A program made the translations under genes and the position numbers. From NCBI GenBank assembly GCA_963734495.1, contig CAVTHK010000001.1:544001-608000 (forward strand): 64,000 nt of DNA, read 5' to 3'. Each line of letters opens with the position of its first letter. Within the stretch, counting starts at the first letter, position 1. The notes beneath the pieces were generated by a model. That model was not told the DNA's origin and made no database searches. It saw only the letters and a program-made list of their open reading frames with translations. This DNA comes from an uncultured Spirochaetota bacterium (GTDB taxonomy: Bacteria > Spirochaetota > Spirochaetia > SZUA-6 > CAVTHK01). Positions 1-10,092 of the stretch are shown here, one piece after another.

Positions 1-1077
1 GCGGAGCCGCTGTTCCGGTTCATCGGCCACGAGCCCGCGGTGCGCGAAGGCGAGATCGTGTTCTTCAGGATTCTCTGCTACGGCTCGTTCTTCCCGATCG
101 CCGCGGGCGCGCTCTCGGCGTTCTTCTCGGGCCGGGGCCGGAACTGGCCGATCGCGTGGGTCAACGCGCTTGCGACCGCGGTCAACAGCGTCCTCAACTG
201 GCTGCTGGTCTTCGGCAACTGGGGCTTCCCCGAAATGGGCATCCGCGGGTCGGCGATCGCGACGGTGGCCTCGGGGTTCGTGACCTTTGTCGCGTACGCC
301 GTGCTGGCGTTCCGGGCGGCCGACGACGAGCGCTACCGCACGCTGCGCGGATGGCGCCTGGAACCGCGGCTGTTCGCGCGCCTGGTGCGGTACGGGCTTC
401 CGAGCGGGGTGCAGTTCTTTCTCGATGTGGCGGGCTTTACCGCCTTCCTGCTGATGCTCGGCAGGCTCGGCACCGCGGAGCTTGCTGCCAGCAACATCGC
501 CTTCAATATCAACACCCTCGCGTTCATGCCCATGATCGGGTGCGGGATCGCGGTCAGCGTCCTGGTCGGCCAGTACCTCGGCGAGGACCGCCCCGACCTG
601 GCCGAACGCAGCGCCTACTCGGGCTTCCACGTGGCCATGCTGTACATGAGCTCGATCGCCGCGGCGTACGTGCTGGTCCCCGGCGCGTTCATCGCCCCGT
701 TCACCGCGCGCGCCGACGCCCGTTCGTTCGCCGCGATCGCCGAGACGGTGCGGATCCTGCTGCGCTTCGTCGCGCTCTACTCGATCTTCGACACCATGAC
801 GATCATCTTTTCCTCCGCCGTCAAAGGCGCGGGCGACACGCGTTTCGTGATGGTGGCGATCGGCGCGCTCTCCGTCTGCGGCCTTGTCGCGCCCAGCTAC
901 GTGGCGCTGGTCGCGCTCGGCGCGGATCTCACCGTGGGCTGGATCATCGTGACCGCCTACATCAGCCTGCTGGGGCTCGCTTTCTTCCTGCGCTTCGCGA
1001 CGGGCAAGTGGCGCTCGATGCGCGTGATCGAGCCGCAGGTCGTTCCGCCGGCCGATTCCGAGACCAGCGAGCCCTGA
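1..1077 (+). CDS. MATE family efflux transporter (5'-truncated by window edge)
   Basis: Frame open from base 1; multi-TM protein with MATE motifs (FGNWGFPEMGIRGSAIAT, LVGQYLG, KGAGDTRF). Confidence 0.9.
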   Translation, partial: AEPLFRFIGHEPAVREGEIVFFRILCYGSFFPIAAGALSAFFSGRGRNWPIAWVNALATAVNSVLNWLLVFGNWGFPEMGIRGSAIATVASGFVTFVAYAVLAFRAADDERYRTLRGWRLEPRLFARLVRYGLPSGVQFFLDVAGFTAFLLMLGRLGTAELAASNIAFNINTLAFMPMIGCGIAVSVLVGQYLGEDRPDLAERSAYSGFHVAMLYMSSIAAAYVLVPGAFIAPFTARADARSFAAIAETVRILLRFVALYSIFDTMTIIFSSAVKGAGDTRFVMVAIGALSVCGLVAPSYVALVALGADLTVGWIIVTAYISLLGLAFFLRFATGKWRSMRVIEPQVVPPADSETSEP

Positions 1078-1155
1078 GCCCGGGACTACCCGGGGGCGCA
1101 TCGGAGTGGCGGCCGCCGCGTGTCCATGGTACGATGGGGAGGCGGGCGAGGGATC

Positions 1156-1614
1156 ATGCCGTTCAGCGCTTCGCTGATATCTGCCGTCGTGGTGCAGCTC
1201 CTGTGCCAGATCTTCAAGGCGGCGTACTACTCCGTCAGGGAACGAAAGCTCCGGCTCGGCTACCTGTCCGCCGCGGGCGGCATGCCCAGCGGGCACGCCG
1301 CCTTCGTGACCGCCCTCACCGTCTCCATCGGGCTGAGCAGCGGCCTCCGGTCGGATGCCTTCACCGTGGCCTTCGTCTTCTCCGTGATCATCATCTACGA
1401 CATCCTGAGGGTCCGCTCGGTCGTGCAGAGGCATTCGGAGGTCCTGGACGAGCTGGCCGGCGAGCGCGCCGCGGGCGGGCGCGATGCGGCGCGTCCGCCG
1501 CGGTCGCTCTTCGCGATCCCGCGGAACATCGGCCACACCCCGGCGGAGGTGGCGGTCGGCGTCGCGGTCGGCGCGGCGTTCAGCGTCGCGGTCCGCGCGC
1601 TCGCGGCGGGATAG
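1156..1614 (+). CDS. Divergent PAP2 / DUF212 family membrane protein
   Basis: GGMPSGHAA motif, IIIYD..VR and GHTPAEV.VG; ATG at 1156 with upstream purine-rich SD-like sequence. Confidence 0.85.
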   Translation: MPFSASLISAVVVQLLCQIFKAAYYSVRERKLRLGYLSAAGGMPSGHAAFVTALTVSIGLSSGLRSDAFTVAFVFSVIIIYDILRVRSVVQRHSEVLDELAGERAAGGRDAARPPRSLFAIPRNIGHTPAEVAVGVAVGAAFSVAVRALAAG

Positions 1615-1626
1615 ACGCGCGGCGGC

Positions 1627-3306
1627 TCAAAGCCGCCCCGAGCGCAGCGTGCCGATGAAGAACCACAGGCCGAGGATGCCGGCCACGGCAAAGCCCAGCA
1701 GCCCGAGGACCGGCAGCCCGAGGTAGGTGGGACCCAGCCCGGTGCGGATGACGAGCGACGAGCCGACCAGAAGCCCGGCGATCACCACGGAGAAGGCAAG
1801 CCGGTTGATCGAGCGATCGATCTCCTGCACGCGCCTGTCGAGGCCCTCGAAGTCCATCTTGATCCGCAGCCGGCCGGTGCGCGCCTTTTCCAGCAGCTCG
1901 TTGGCCTGCCAGGGCAGCGCGCGCACGAAACGCCCTGTGTCCTCTGCGAGGTCGTAGATCTCCTCCCTGCCCAGCCACTCCCGCAGCCGGCTCGTCCGCA
2001 CCCGGGCGACAAAGGGACGGGCGACTTCGAGCACATCGAAGCCGGGGTCGAGCCGCTTGCCGAGGCTCTCGAGCGTCACGATGACCTTGAGCGTGAGGGC
2101 GAGGTCCGCGGGCAGGTTGATGCGATGCCTGCGGACGACCGCGCTCAGGTCCTGCAGCATGCGGCTGACCGGCAGCTGGGCCAGCGGCATCCTGTAGTAG
2201 TCGATCAGCCGCCCGAGGTCCTCGCGCAGCGCGTCCCGGTCGGCCGAGTCCTCGATCAACCCGAGGCCCGCGAACAGGCGCACGAGCCGGGCGGGGTCCT
2301 TGTTGATAAAGCAGAGCAGCAGCGTCACGAGCGCGTGCCTCAGCTCCTGGCTGAGGCTGCTCACCATTCCGAAGTCGACGGGCGCCAGGATCCCGTCGGG
2401 CCGCACGATGAAGTTCGCGGGGTGAGGGTCCGCGTTGTAGACGCCATGGCGAAAGACCTGCGCCAGCACGTAGCTCGCCCCGACGCGCGCGATCCGCTTC
2501 GTGTCCACATGCGTCTCGGCGAACCGCTCGGGGTCGGAGAGGCGCACGCCCTCGATGTACTCCATGGCGAGGAGGCGCTGCGTGGAGAGGTCCCAGCGGA
2601 CGGTCGGGATGTGGATCGTCGCGTCGCCCCGGAAGTTCTCCCGGAACAGGTCCATGGTCCGGCCTTCGTACAGGAAGTCGAGCTCCAGGGTGATGACCTT
2701 GGCAAAGTGGTCGGTCAGCCGCGAAGGATGATAGACCCTGACCCGGGGAAGGTAGCGCTCCAGAACCGCGGCGAGGTCCACCAGGATCGCCATGTCCGCC
2801 TGGATCGTGTCGGCGATGCCGGGCCGCTGGATCTTGAGCGCGAGCTGCTCCCCGTCCAGGGCCACGGCGCGGTGGACCTGCGCGATCGATGCGCTCGCGA
2901 TGGGCTGCGGGTCGACGCTCCTGAAGAGCCCGCGCCATGAATCCCCGAGCTCCTGCCGCAGCACGGGCTCGAGCTGCGAGAACGGCAGCGGCGCCGCGCC
3001 GTACTGCAGTTTCTCCAGCGCCGAGGTGACATCCTCGGGGAGCAGGTCCGAGCGCAGGCTCATGAGCTGGCCGAGCTTGATGAAGGTGGGGCCCAGGCCC
3101 TCGAACAGAAGCCGCAGGCGCGTCCCGAAGGTCATGGCGCGCAGCCGCCTGGACCCGCCGCGCTCGTCGGCGGGATGCCGTCTCCACCACCGGCGCAGCC
3201 CCAGCGCCTCAGCGGACTCGATGAAGCCGTAGAAGGCGAGGCGCGAGAGGATCTGCCTGTAGCGCTTGAGCTTCCGGAGGCGCTGGCGGATTCCGGCGAA
3301 GGGCAT
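1627..3306 (-). CDS. ABC1/UbiB (AarF) family atypical kinase
   Basis: LGPTFIKLGQ, PIASASIAQVH, ALKIQRP, ADPHPAN, DFGM motifs; C-terminal TM helices; start uncertain (3306 or 3354). Confidence 0.9.
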   Translation of the reverse strand: MPFAGIRQRLRKLKRYRQILSRLAFYGFIESAEALGLRRWWRRHPADERGGSRRLRAMTFGTRLRLLFEGLGPTFIKLGQLMSLRSDLLPEDVTSALEKLQYGAAPLPFSQLEPVLRQELGDSWRGLFRSVDPQPIASASIAQVHRAVALDGEQLALKIQRPGIADTIQADMAILVDLAAVLERYLPRVRVYHPSRLTDHFAKVITLELDFLYEGRTMDLFRENFRGDATIHIPTVRWDLSTQRLLAMEYIEGVRLSDPERFAETHVDTKRIARVGASYVLAQVFRHGVYNADPHPANFIVRPDGILAPVDFGMVSSLSQELRHALVTLLLCFINKDPARLVRLFAGLGLIEDSADRDALREDLGRLIDYYRMPLAQLPVSRMLQDLSAVVRRHRINLPADLALTLKVIVTLESLGKRLDPGFDVLEVARPFVARVRTSRLREWLGREEIYDLAEDTGRFVRALPWQANELLEKARTGRLRIKMDFEGLDRRVQEIDRSINRLAFSVVIAGLLVGSSLVIRTGLGPTYLGLPVLGLLGFAVAGILGLWFFIGTLRSGRL

Positions 3307-3323
3307 CAGCGCGGGGAGGCCCC

Positions 3324-3611
3324 TCAGCTCACCTTTTCGACGCTCAGCGTGCACTCGGTCATGACGGCGGACAGCGCGGCGAGCGCCACGAGGGCGGGCG
3401 CGAGGAGGGTGCCGACCACGCCCGCCGACAGGGGAAAGCTCGCGATGACTTTGCCTTCCTTGTCTTTGACCGTGATGCGGCGCACGTTGCCTTCTTTTAC
3501 GAGGTCCTTGACCGTCCTGAGCAGGTCCTCGGCCATGACCTTCACGTCCTTCACGACGACCTTGGCATCGTCCGCGAAGTGGGCAGCGCCCTTCTTGACG
3601 GAGTCACTCAT
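3324..3611 (-). CDS. DUF4342 domain protein
   Basis: VKDLVKEGNVRRITVK...AGVVGTLLAPAL...CTLSVE pattern; GGAGG-like SD before ATG 3611. Confidence 0.8.
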   Translation of the reverse strand: MSDSVKKGAAHFADDAKVVVKDVKVMAEDLLRTVKDLVKEGNVRRITVKDKEGKVIASFPLSAGVVGTLLAPALVALAALSAVMTECTLSVEKVS

Positions 3612-3734
3612 CGGTTCCTCCCCTGACCTGGCGTCTGCCGCCAGGTCCCCAGGCCCGCCGTACACGGCGGGCTCCCTCGTACCTATACTGTAGCCTCGAG
3701 CGCATCCCGCGTCCACCGACCCGACGACGGCGTG

Positions 3735-4094
3735 CTACCGCGCCGGCCGGCTCTCCAGGTACTCCTTGAGCGCCTGCGCGCAGGAACGCTCCGGGGGCCT
3801 CGACGCGAACACGAGCGTCACCGGGCCCTTGCGCGCGGCGTCGCGCAGGGGAGCGACCGCCTCAGGGTGCCGGTCCAGCTCGCCGAAGTAGCGGCGCCGA
3901 AAGGCGTCCCAGTTCTCGGGTTCGTGGTCGTACCACTTGCGGAGCTCCGCGCTCGGTGCCGCGTCCTTGAGCCAGGCCGCGAGGCGCGCCCTGTCCTTGC
4001 TGATGCCACGCGGCCAGAGCCTCTCCACCAGGAAGCGCTGCCCGTCCCCGTCGTCCGCGGGCTCGTAGATGCGCTTGAGGTTCACGCGCGCCAT
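3735..4094 (-). CDS. DUF488 / YeaO family protein
   Basis: LKRIYEP...DGQRFLVERLWPRGISK...APSAELRKWY. Confidence 0.9.
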   Translation of the reverse strand: MARVNLKRIYEPADDGDGQRFLVERLWPRGISKDRARLAAWLKDAAPSAELRKWYDHEPENWDAFRRRYFGELDRHPEAVAPLRDAARKGPVTLVFASRPPERSCAQALKEYLESRPAR

Positions 4095-4152
4095 GATAGA
4101 AGAATACTGAGGCGGGGCGCCGTCGGCGCGCCCCGCGCCCCCCGGAGGACGC

Positions 4153-5178
4153 CTACTTGCGGCCGAGGCGCTCGAGGATGTGCTCGGCCTCGATGACGGC
4201 CTCGTCGATGAGGCTCTCGATCACCCTGGGAACGGGCATGATCTCCCTGACCAGGCCGACGCTCTGGCCGGCCATCATCGAGCCCCGCTTGACGTCGCCG
4301 TCGATCACCGCCTTGCGCAAGCCGCCGATCCAGAACTCCTCGAGGCGCTGCTGCGCCTCCTTGGGGCTGATCTGCCCGCGCTCGAGCTGCGCGATCAGTC
4401 CCAGCTGAAGCGTGTTGAAGTCGACCGTGCCTTCGTTGACGAGGGCGCGCACGGGAATGACCGGGATCCGCGGGTCGAAGGCGGAGGTCGGCAGCGCGTC
4501 CTTGGCCCGCGCGCGGATCATGGCCTGCTTGAAGTTGGGGTGCGCGATCGACTCCTCCGCGACCGCGAACTTGGTCCCGATCTGCACGCCCGCCGCCCCC
4601 ATCAGCAGGTAGTGCACCATCATGACGCCGCTCCCGATCCCGCCGGCCACGAACACGGGCACCCTGTGGGTGTGGGGCAGGATCTCTTCGGCGAGGACGG
4701 CGGTCGAGACCGGGCCGATGTGGCCTCCCGCCTCGCTGCCTTCGATGATGAGGGCGTCGACGCCCTCTTTGATGAGCCTGTGGGCGATGCCGACGGTCGG
4801 CGCGAAGCAGAAGACCTTGATCCCCTCGGCCTTCGCGTCGCGGATGGCCTCGCGGGGCGGCAGGCCGCCGGCGAAGATCACGACGGGGAACTTGATGCTC
4901 ATCACGTGGTCGAGGTGGCGGCGGAAGTTGGGAGCGATGGCGATGAGGTTGACTCCGAAGGGCTTGTCTGTCTTTTCGCGCGTCTTCTCGATCTCCTCCT
5001 TGAGGAGCTGCGGCGGCATGTTTCCGCCCGCGAGCACGCCGAAGCCGCCCGCGTTCGAGATCGCGGACACGAGGCGGTGTTCCGAGATCCAGGACATGGC
5101 GCCGCCCAGGATGGGGTACTGGGTCCCCAGGAACTGGCGCCCGCGCTGCCACAGCTTTTCGAGCATCTCTCTAGGCAC
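4153..5178 (-). CDS. FabK-like enoyl-ACP reductase / nitronate monooxygenase family flavoprotein
   Basis: YPILGGAM, SNAGGFG, EGSEAGGHIG, AGGI, GVQIGTKF, GSMMAGQSVGL; strong SD GGAGG. Confidence 0.85.
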   Translation of the reverse strand: MPREMLEKLWQRGRQFLGTQYPILGGAMSWISEHRLVSAISNAGGFGVLAGGNMPPQLLKEEIEKTREKTDKPFGVNLIAIAPNFRRHLDHVMSIKFPVVIFAGGLPPREAIRDAKAEGIKVFCFAPTVGIAHRLIKEGVDALIIEGSEAGGHIGPVSTAVLAEEILPHTHRVPVFVAGGIGSGVMMVHYLLMGAAGVQIGTKFAVAEESIAHPNFKQAMIRARAKDALPTSAFDPRIPVIPVRALVNEGTVDFNTLQLGLIAQLERGQISPKEAQQRLEEFWIGGLRKAVIDGDVKRGSMMAGQSVGLVREIMPVPRVIESLIDEAVIEAEHILERLGRK

Positions 5179-5376
5179 GATCTTCCTCCAGACACAAAGA
5201 GCCGCTGGGCGCCCTTTGTCGGAAGCGCGATAGCGGCCCTCGAGCGGAAATCGTAGCGAGTATACCAGAAGGTGCGCCGCGTGTAAGCCCGGTGCGGGCC
5301 CGGTGCAGGCGCCACCTGGCCCGGCGTAGGCCCGGTGCTGCGCCGCTGCGCAAGCCCCGCGCCCACGGAGCCGGTG

Positions 5377-5985
5377 TCAGCGCGGAAGCCGGCGCTTCGT
5401 TTCGCGGCCACCCGGCAGGCGGCGCGGCCGCGTCCTGACCTCCACGCCGCCCAGGAGCGCAAACCCCCGGATCACGAGGCGCGGTGTATTGCCAGGATCG
5501 CTGCGGCTGCTGTCGTCGAACCCTCCGAGGATCCCCGTGCCTTCGACCTGCACCGTGACGTCCGGCGGAACCGTGACCTCCACGCCGCCCAGCACGCAGG
5601 CCACGTTGACGATCGTCCCGCCTTCGGGGAAGACAGCGTCGCGGAAATCGAGCTCGATTCCTCCGAGGACGGTCAGGGCGCGCAGATTGCACGGAGGGTA
5701 CCAGCGGCCCGATCGGGAGGAGCCTCCGAGGAGGGCCGCGATCGTCCCCCGCTGGCTGGGCCGCGGGTTCGTTGCGGCCGCGGCCGCCGCTGCACCAGGC
5801 GCCGCGGGAAGATCCTCGACGAGGCTCGCGAGCTCCCGGTGCGAGCCGGCATCATGGGCGGCGGCCAACCTCTTCTCGTATTCCTCGAGGTCGAGGTGAC
5901 CGACAGCGAAGTGGATCTTGAGCGCCTCGACCACCCGCTCCCTGGCCTCCGGCAGGCCCGGCTCAAGCAGATCACGCGACGCCAT
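5377..5985 (-). CDS. DUF1707 (SHOCT-like) + LiaF/DUF2154-like domain protein
   Basis: RERVVEAL...GHLDLEEYEKRL...ELASLVEDLP N-domain; GGIELDFRDA, LGGVEVTVP, LLGGVEV C-domain. Confidence 0.8.
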   Translation of the reverse strand: MASRDLLEPGLPEARERVVEALKIHFAVGHLDLEEYEKRLAAAHDAGSHRELASLVEDLPAAPGAAAAAAATNPRPSQRGTIAALLGGSSRSGRWYPPCNLRALTVLGGIELDFRDAVFPEGGTIVNVACVLGGVEVTVPPDVTVQVEGTGILGGFDDSSRSDPGNTPRLVIRGFALLGGVEVRTRPRRLPGGRETKRRLPR

Positions 5986-5991
5986 GACGCG

Positions 5992-6020
5992 AGCCTATCA
6001 CCACGCCCCTGGGCGCGCAA
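5992..6020 (-). promoter_or_regulatory. Putative sigma70 promoter (TTGCGC-17-TAGGCT, extended TG) of the DUF1707 gene; likely leaderless
   Basis: -10 at 5992-5997, -35 at 6015-6020, ATG 6 nt downstream of the -10. Confidence 0.5.
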
Positions 6021-6101
6021 ACCGCAAGCCAGCGCAAACCACCCCAAACCGTCGCAAACCCGGACAAGACAGCGCCAGGGGTCTCGCGAGGGCGCGCCCT
6101 C

Positions 6102-7128
6102 TCACGCGTTCTTGTTCACGACTCCGCGGATCACGCCGGACACCAGGAGCTGGAACGGGTGGTAGAAGAGCAGCGGCAGCACGGCCATGCCGAGCAGCTC
6201 CGGGTTGTGCGCGAAGTAGATGCCGAGCAGCGGCACGCCCATCACCAGCGTGCGCTGAGGCGCGACGAACAGGAGCGCAATCAGGTCCTCGCGGCCGAAG
6301 CCCTGCACGCGCGCCGCGGCCCACGCCAGCCCCACGAAGGCGAGGTGGGCGGTCGCGAGGTACACGATGGGCGCCACAAGCCCCGCGAGCCCGGAGGCAA
6401 ACGCGGGATGCCCCGCGGACTTGGAGACGGCGAAGAAGACGGTCGCCAGGATCAGCAGGTTCGCGGCGACGCCGAAGCGGCCGCGGTTGGCGGTCGGCGA
6501 CCCGCGCAAAGGCGAGCCGCAGGAGCTGGCCGGCCAGCGCGGGAACGAGCATCTTGCCGCCCAGGTCCGTGAACACGGCCAGCGCCTGGTCAGGCGGGAG
6601 GGCCTGGCCCGAGCCCCTGAGCAGGACCGAGAGGAGCAGCGGAGCCAGGATGATCCCCGCCGCGTTGGACAGCGCGGAGTTGAACATCGCGCCGGACACG
6701 TTCCCGCCGGAGAGCTGCGTGAAGACGACGCAGCTTGCCACCGTCGTGGGCAGCGCGCCCAGGGCGACGATCCCGACCATCAGGCCGGGGTCGACGAACC
6801 CGCGCAGCGGCATCGAGGTCAGCGCGAAGAACACGGGGCTCACGACCCAGATCAGGATCTGGGCGGTCAGGTGCAGGCGCCAGCCGGAGAGGCCGCGCAG
6901 CAGGCTCTCCGTCGGGACGGTGAACCCGAGGATGAGGAACTGCACCACGACGATCGTGTTGGTCGTCGCCGAGCCCGGGTTGAGGCTGCGGCCGGCGCGC
7001 GGCGCGAGAAAGCCCAGCGCGACCACCGCGACGATCCCGAGGAGGAACCAGTTGCGCTTCAGGGAGTCCACGAACGAGCGCGGCCGGCGCGTGACCGCGG
7101 CCGCGGCCCGCGTTGCTTTCTGCTGCAT
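6102..7128 (-). CDS. Bile acid:sodium symporter (SLC10A7-like) family transporter, one frameshift near 6493
   Basis: LPTTVASCVVFTQLSGGN motif in ORF 5998-7128; C-terminal TM part (APQRTLVMGVP, PLLFYHPFQL) in ORF 6102-6509; removing one base rejoins them. Confidence 0.8.
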
Positions 7129-7218
7129 CGCGCGTGAGTGTGCCGGATTTTCACGCGTCGCTTCAAGGCCCCGCTGCTCGGGTCACCGGCGCCTGCTGTT
7201 CGGGGCTGTTCGGGGGCC

Positions 7219-7247
7219 TTGACCAAGGCGCGCCGCCGCCGTAGTCT
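7219..7247 (+). promoter_or_regulatory. Putative sigma70 promoter of the thi operon
   Basis: TTGACC (7219-7224), 17 bp, TAGTCT (7242-7247), directly before the riboswitch. Confidence 0.6.
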
Positions 7248-7254
7248 CCGTAAT

Positions 7255-7338
<84 letters not shown>

Positions 7339-7409
7339 AAGAACCCTCCCCACTATCACCAACGAGCAGCGCGCAGGCATCGTCGCGCGCACGCTGCGGG
7401 AGGCTTGCC

Positions 7410-8436
7410 GTGAGCTGGCGAACACCGCTCCTCGTTGCCGCGTTTGCGGCCGTGGCGGGAAATCTATCCGCTTCGCCGAACCCCGAACGCGTCAAGGAAA
7501 CGGATCTCGTGATCTACACCTATGACTCCTTCGTGGCCGAGTGGGGGCCCGCGCCCAGGGTCATCCCGCAGTTCGAGGCGAAATACGGAGTCAAGGTGCA
7601 GGCGGTCTCGGCGGGCGATGCCGGGCAGGTCCTGAGCCGGCTGATCCTGGAGAAGGACTCCCCGAGAGCCGACGTGGTCGTCGGCCTGGACAACAACCTG
7701 CTCGCCCGCGCCGTGGAGGCGGGCGTGCTGCAGCCCTACAAGCCGGCCGGGGCCGACAAGCTCCCGCCCGAGGTCGCCTTCGACCCCGGCTTCCGCCTGA
7801 CGCCGTTCGACTACGGGTACTTCGCCTTCGTCGTCGACACGCAGAAGCTCTCGAGCCCGCCGAAGTCGCTCGAAGACCTCACGGACCCGCGCTTCCGCAG
7901 GAAGATCATCCTGGAGGATCCGCGCACTTCCAGCCCCGGGCTCGGCTTTCTTCTCTGGACGGTCGCGGCCTACGGCGACCGCTGGCTCGACTACTGGCAG
8001 CGGCTCTCGCCTAACATCCTCACGATCGCCGAGGGCTGGGACGCCGCCTACGGGATGTTCACGTCGGGCGAGGCGCCCCTCGTGCTGAGCTACACGACGA
8101 GCCCGGCTTATCACGTCGAGAACGAAAAGACCACCCGCTACCAGGCCGCGATGTTCCCCGAGGGCCACTACGCGCAGATCGAAGGCCTGGGGGTCGTCAC
8201 GGGCGCGAAGCACGCCGACCTCGCGCGCAAGTTCGTCGACTTCGCGCTGAGCGAGGGCTTCCAGAAGGAGATCCCTCTCACCAACTGGATGTACCCGGTG
8301 ATGCCCGCGACCGCGCTTCCCGACTCCTACCGGTACGCGCCGAAGCCCGAGCGGACGCTCTCCCTCGACGCGAAGACCGTCGCGGCGAACGCAGCGGCGC
8401 TGGCTCGCCGCGTGGGCGAGGCAGATGGGAAAGTAG
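7410..8436 (+). CDS. thiB: Thiamine ABC transporter substrate-binding protein (extra base near 8403 shifts the last codons)
   Basis: YTYDSF..WGP, PRADVVVGLDN, FDYGY, DPRTSSPG, VLSYTTSPAYH, NWMYP; deleting one G gives ...AWARQMGK* ending at 8436, abutting the thiP GTG. Confidence 0.9.
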
Positions 8437-10092
8437 GTGAAGAAGGCCGCCGCCGCGCGCGCAGCGACGGCCGCGCTCCTGGTCGCGGCCCTGGTGCCGC
8501 TCTTCTACTACCCCGTCGGCTCGGTGCTCGCCGGCGCGGCGACCGACTCCGCCGGCAGGCCGAGCCTCGCGCGCCTGGCGGCCCTGGCCCGTGACCCCTA
8601 CGTGCTGCGGGTGGTCGGCTTCACCTTTGCCCAGGCCGCGCTGAGCACTCTGCTCGCGGTCGCGCTCGGCCTGCCGGGAGCGTGGCTCCTCGCGCGCTTC
8701 CGCTTCCCCGGCCGCGCCCTCGTGCGGTCGCTCACGACGATCCCCTTCGTGCTCCCTTCGATCCTGGTCGTGCTCGGCTTCGTGCTCTTCTTCGGCAACA
8801 ACGGCGCGGCCAACCGCTTTCTGCAGGCGCTCCTCGGGACGCGGGAGCCGCCTCTGCGGATCCTCTACTCGTTCCCCGCGATCCTGCTCGCTCACGCGTT
8901 CTACAACTTCCCCGTGTGCGTCCGCGTGGTCGGAAGCCTCTGGGAGCGCGTGAGCCCCCACCCGGCCGAGGCCGCGCGCAGCCTCGGCGCCCGCGGCCCG
9001 CGCCTCTTCTTCGCCGTGACCCTGCCGCAGATCCTCCCCGCGATCCTCTCGAGCGCCGCGATGATCTTCCTCTTCTGCTTCCTCTCCTTCGCGGTCATCC
9101 TCGTGCTGGGCGGCGGCCCGCGCTACACGACGATCGAGGTCGAGATCTACCGCCTGGCCCGCGTCGACGTTGACCTCTCCGGCGCGAGCGCCCTCGCCTT
9201 CGTCGGCACCATGCTCTCCGTCCTCCTGCTGGCGGTCCAGATACGCCTGGAGCGCCGCAGCGCCTTCGCCGAGCGCCTGTCGTCGTGGAGCGAGCCGGCG
9301 CGCCTGCGCTCACCGGCGGCGCGGATCGCCGCGGGCCTGTACCTGGCGGCGGTCGCGGTCATCGTGCTGGGGCCGATGCTTTCGGTGGTCGGGCAGTCGC
9401 TGCGGCAGCGCTCCGGCTGGGCCGGCGGCACGAGCTTGACGCTCCGCTGGTACGCGCAGCTCGCGGCCGGGGCCTCCAGCCGATTCGGCGGCTCCTACCG
9501 GGAGGCGGTGGTCACCAGCGTGGCGCTCGGCCTCGGCACGGCCGCGGTGTCCCTCCCGATGGGCGTCGCCGTGGCGCGCCTCCTGCAGCGCAGAGCGTCC
9601 GCCGCGTCCGGCCTCCTCGAGGCCGCGCTCATGGCGCCGATGGGCGTCTCGGGCGTCGTGCTCGGCCTCGCCTACGTCAAGGCGTGGGGCGGCGGCGCCG
9701 GCACCCTCGCCGTGGTCATGGCCCACGCGGTCGTGGCCTACCCGTTCGTGGCGCGCACGGTCGCGAGCACCCTCGCGAAGATCCGGCCCTCGCTCCTCGA
9801 CGCCTCGCGCTCGCTCGGCGCGGGGCCCCTCGCGACGCTGCTGCACATCGAGCTGCCCCTGGCGCGCTCGGGGCTGGTTACGGGGGCGGCCTTCGCCTTT
9901 GCGATCTCCATGGGCGAGATCAACGCGACGCTGCTGCTCGCGCCGCCCGGGATGGTCACCATCCCCATCGCGATCTACCGCATGATCGGCGCCTACAACT
10001 TTTTCGCCGCCTGCGCGATGGGCACCGTGCTGATGGCCGTGTCGCTCGCGGCCTTCTGGCTGATCGAGCGCGCGGCGCCGGAGGCCTTCTGA
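8437..10092 (+). CDS. thiP: Thiamine ABC transporter permease (two ABC-TM repeats)
   Basis: Two EAA-like loops (EAARSLGA, DASRSLGA), LAHAFYNFP, LGGGPRYTTIEVEIY. Confidence 0.9.
   Translation: MKKAAAARAATAALLVAALVPLFYYPVGSVLAGAATDSAGRPSLARLAALARDPYVLRVVGFTFAQAALSTLLAVALGLPGAWLLARFRFPGRALVRSLTTIPFVLPSILVVLGFVLFFGNNGAANRFLQALLGTREPPLRILYSFPAILLAHAFYNFPVCVRVVGSLWERVSPHPAEAARSLGARGPRLFFAVTLPQILPAILSSAAMIFLFCFLSFAVILVLGGGPRYTTIEVEIYRLARVDVDLSGASALAFVGTMLSVLLLAVQIRLERRSAFAERLSSWSEPARLRSPAARIAAGLYLAAVAVIVLGPMLSVVGQSLRQRSGWAGGTSLTLRWYAQLAAGASSRFGGSYREAVVTSVALGLGTAAVSLPMGVAVARLLQRRASAASGLLEAALMAPMGVSGVVLGLAYVKAWGGGAGTLAVVMAHAVVAYPFVARTVASTLAKIRPSLLDASRSLGAGPLATLLHIELPLARSGLVTGAAFAFAISMGEINATLLLAPPGMVTIPIAIYRMIGAYNFFAACAMGTVLMAVSLAAFWLIERAAPEAF

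Noticed and set aside
5284-6070. Short repeat arrays as CRISPR
   Set aside because: Units are 6-11 bp with no spacers of CRISPR size and no cas genes
7410-8594. ThiB C-terminal extension overlapping thiP by ~150 bp
   Set aside because: Explained by one extra base near 8403; the corrected stop abuts the thiP start
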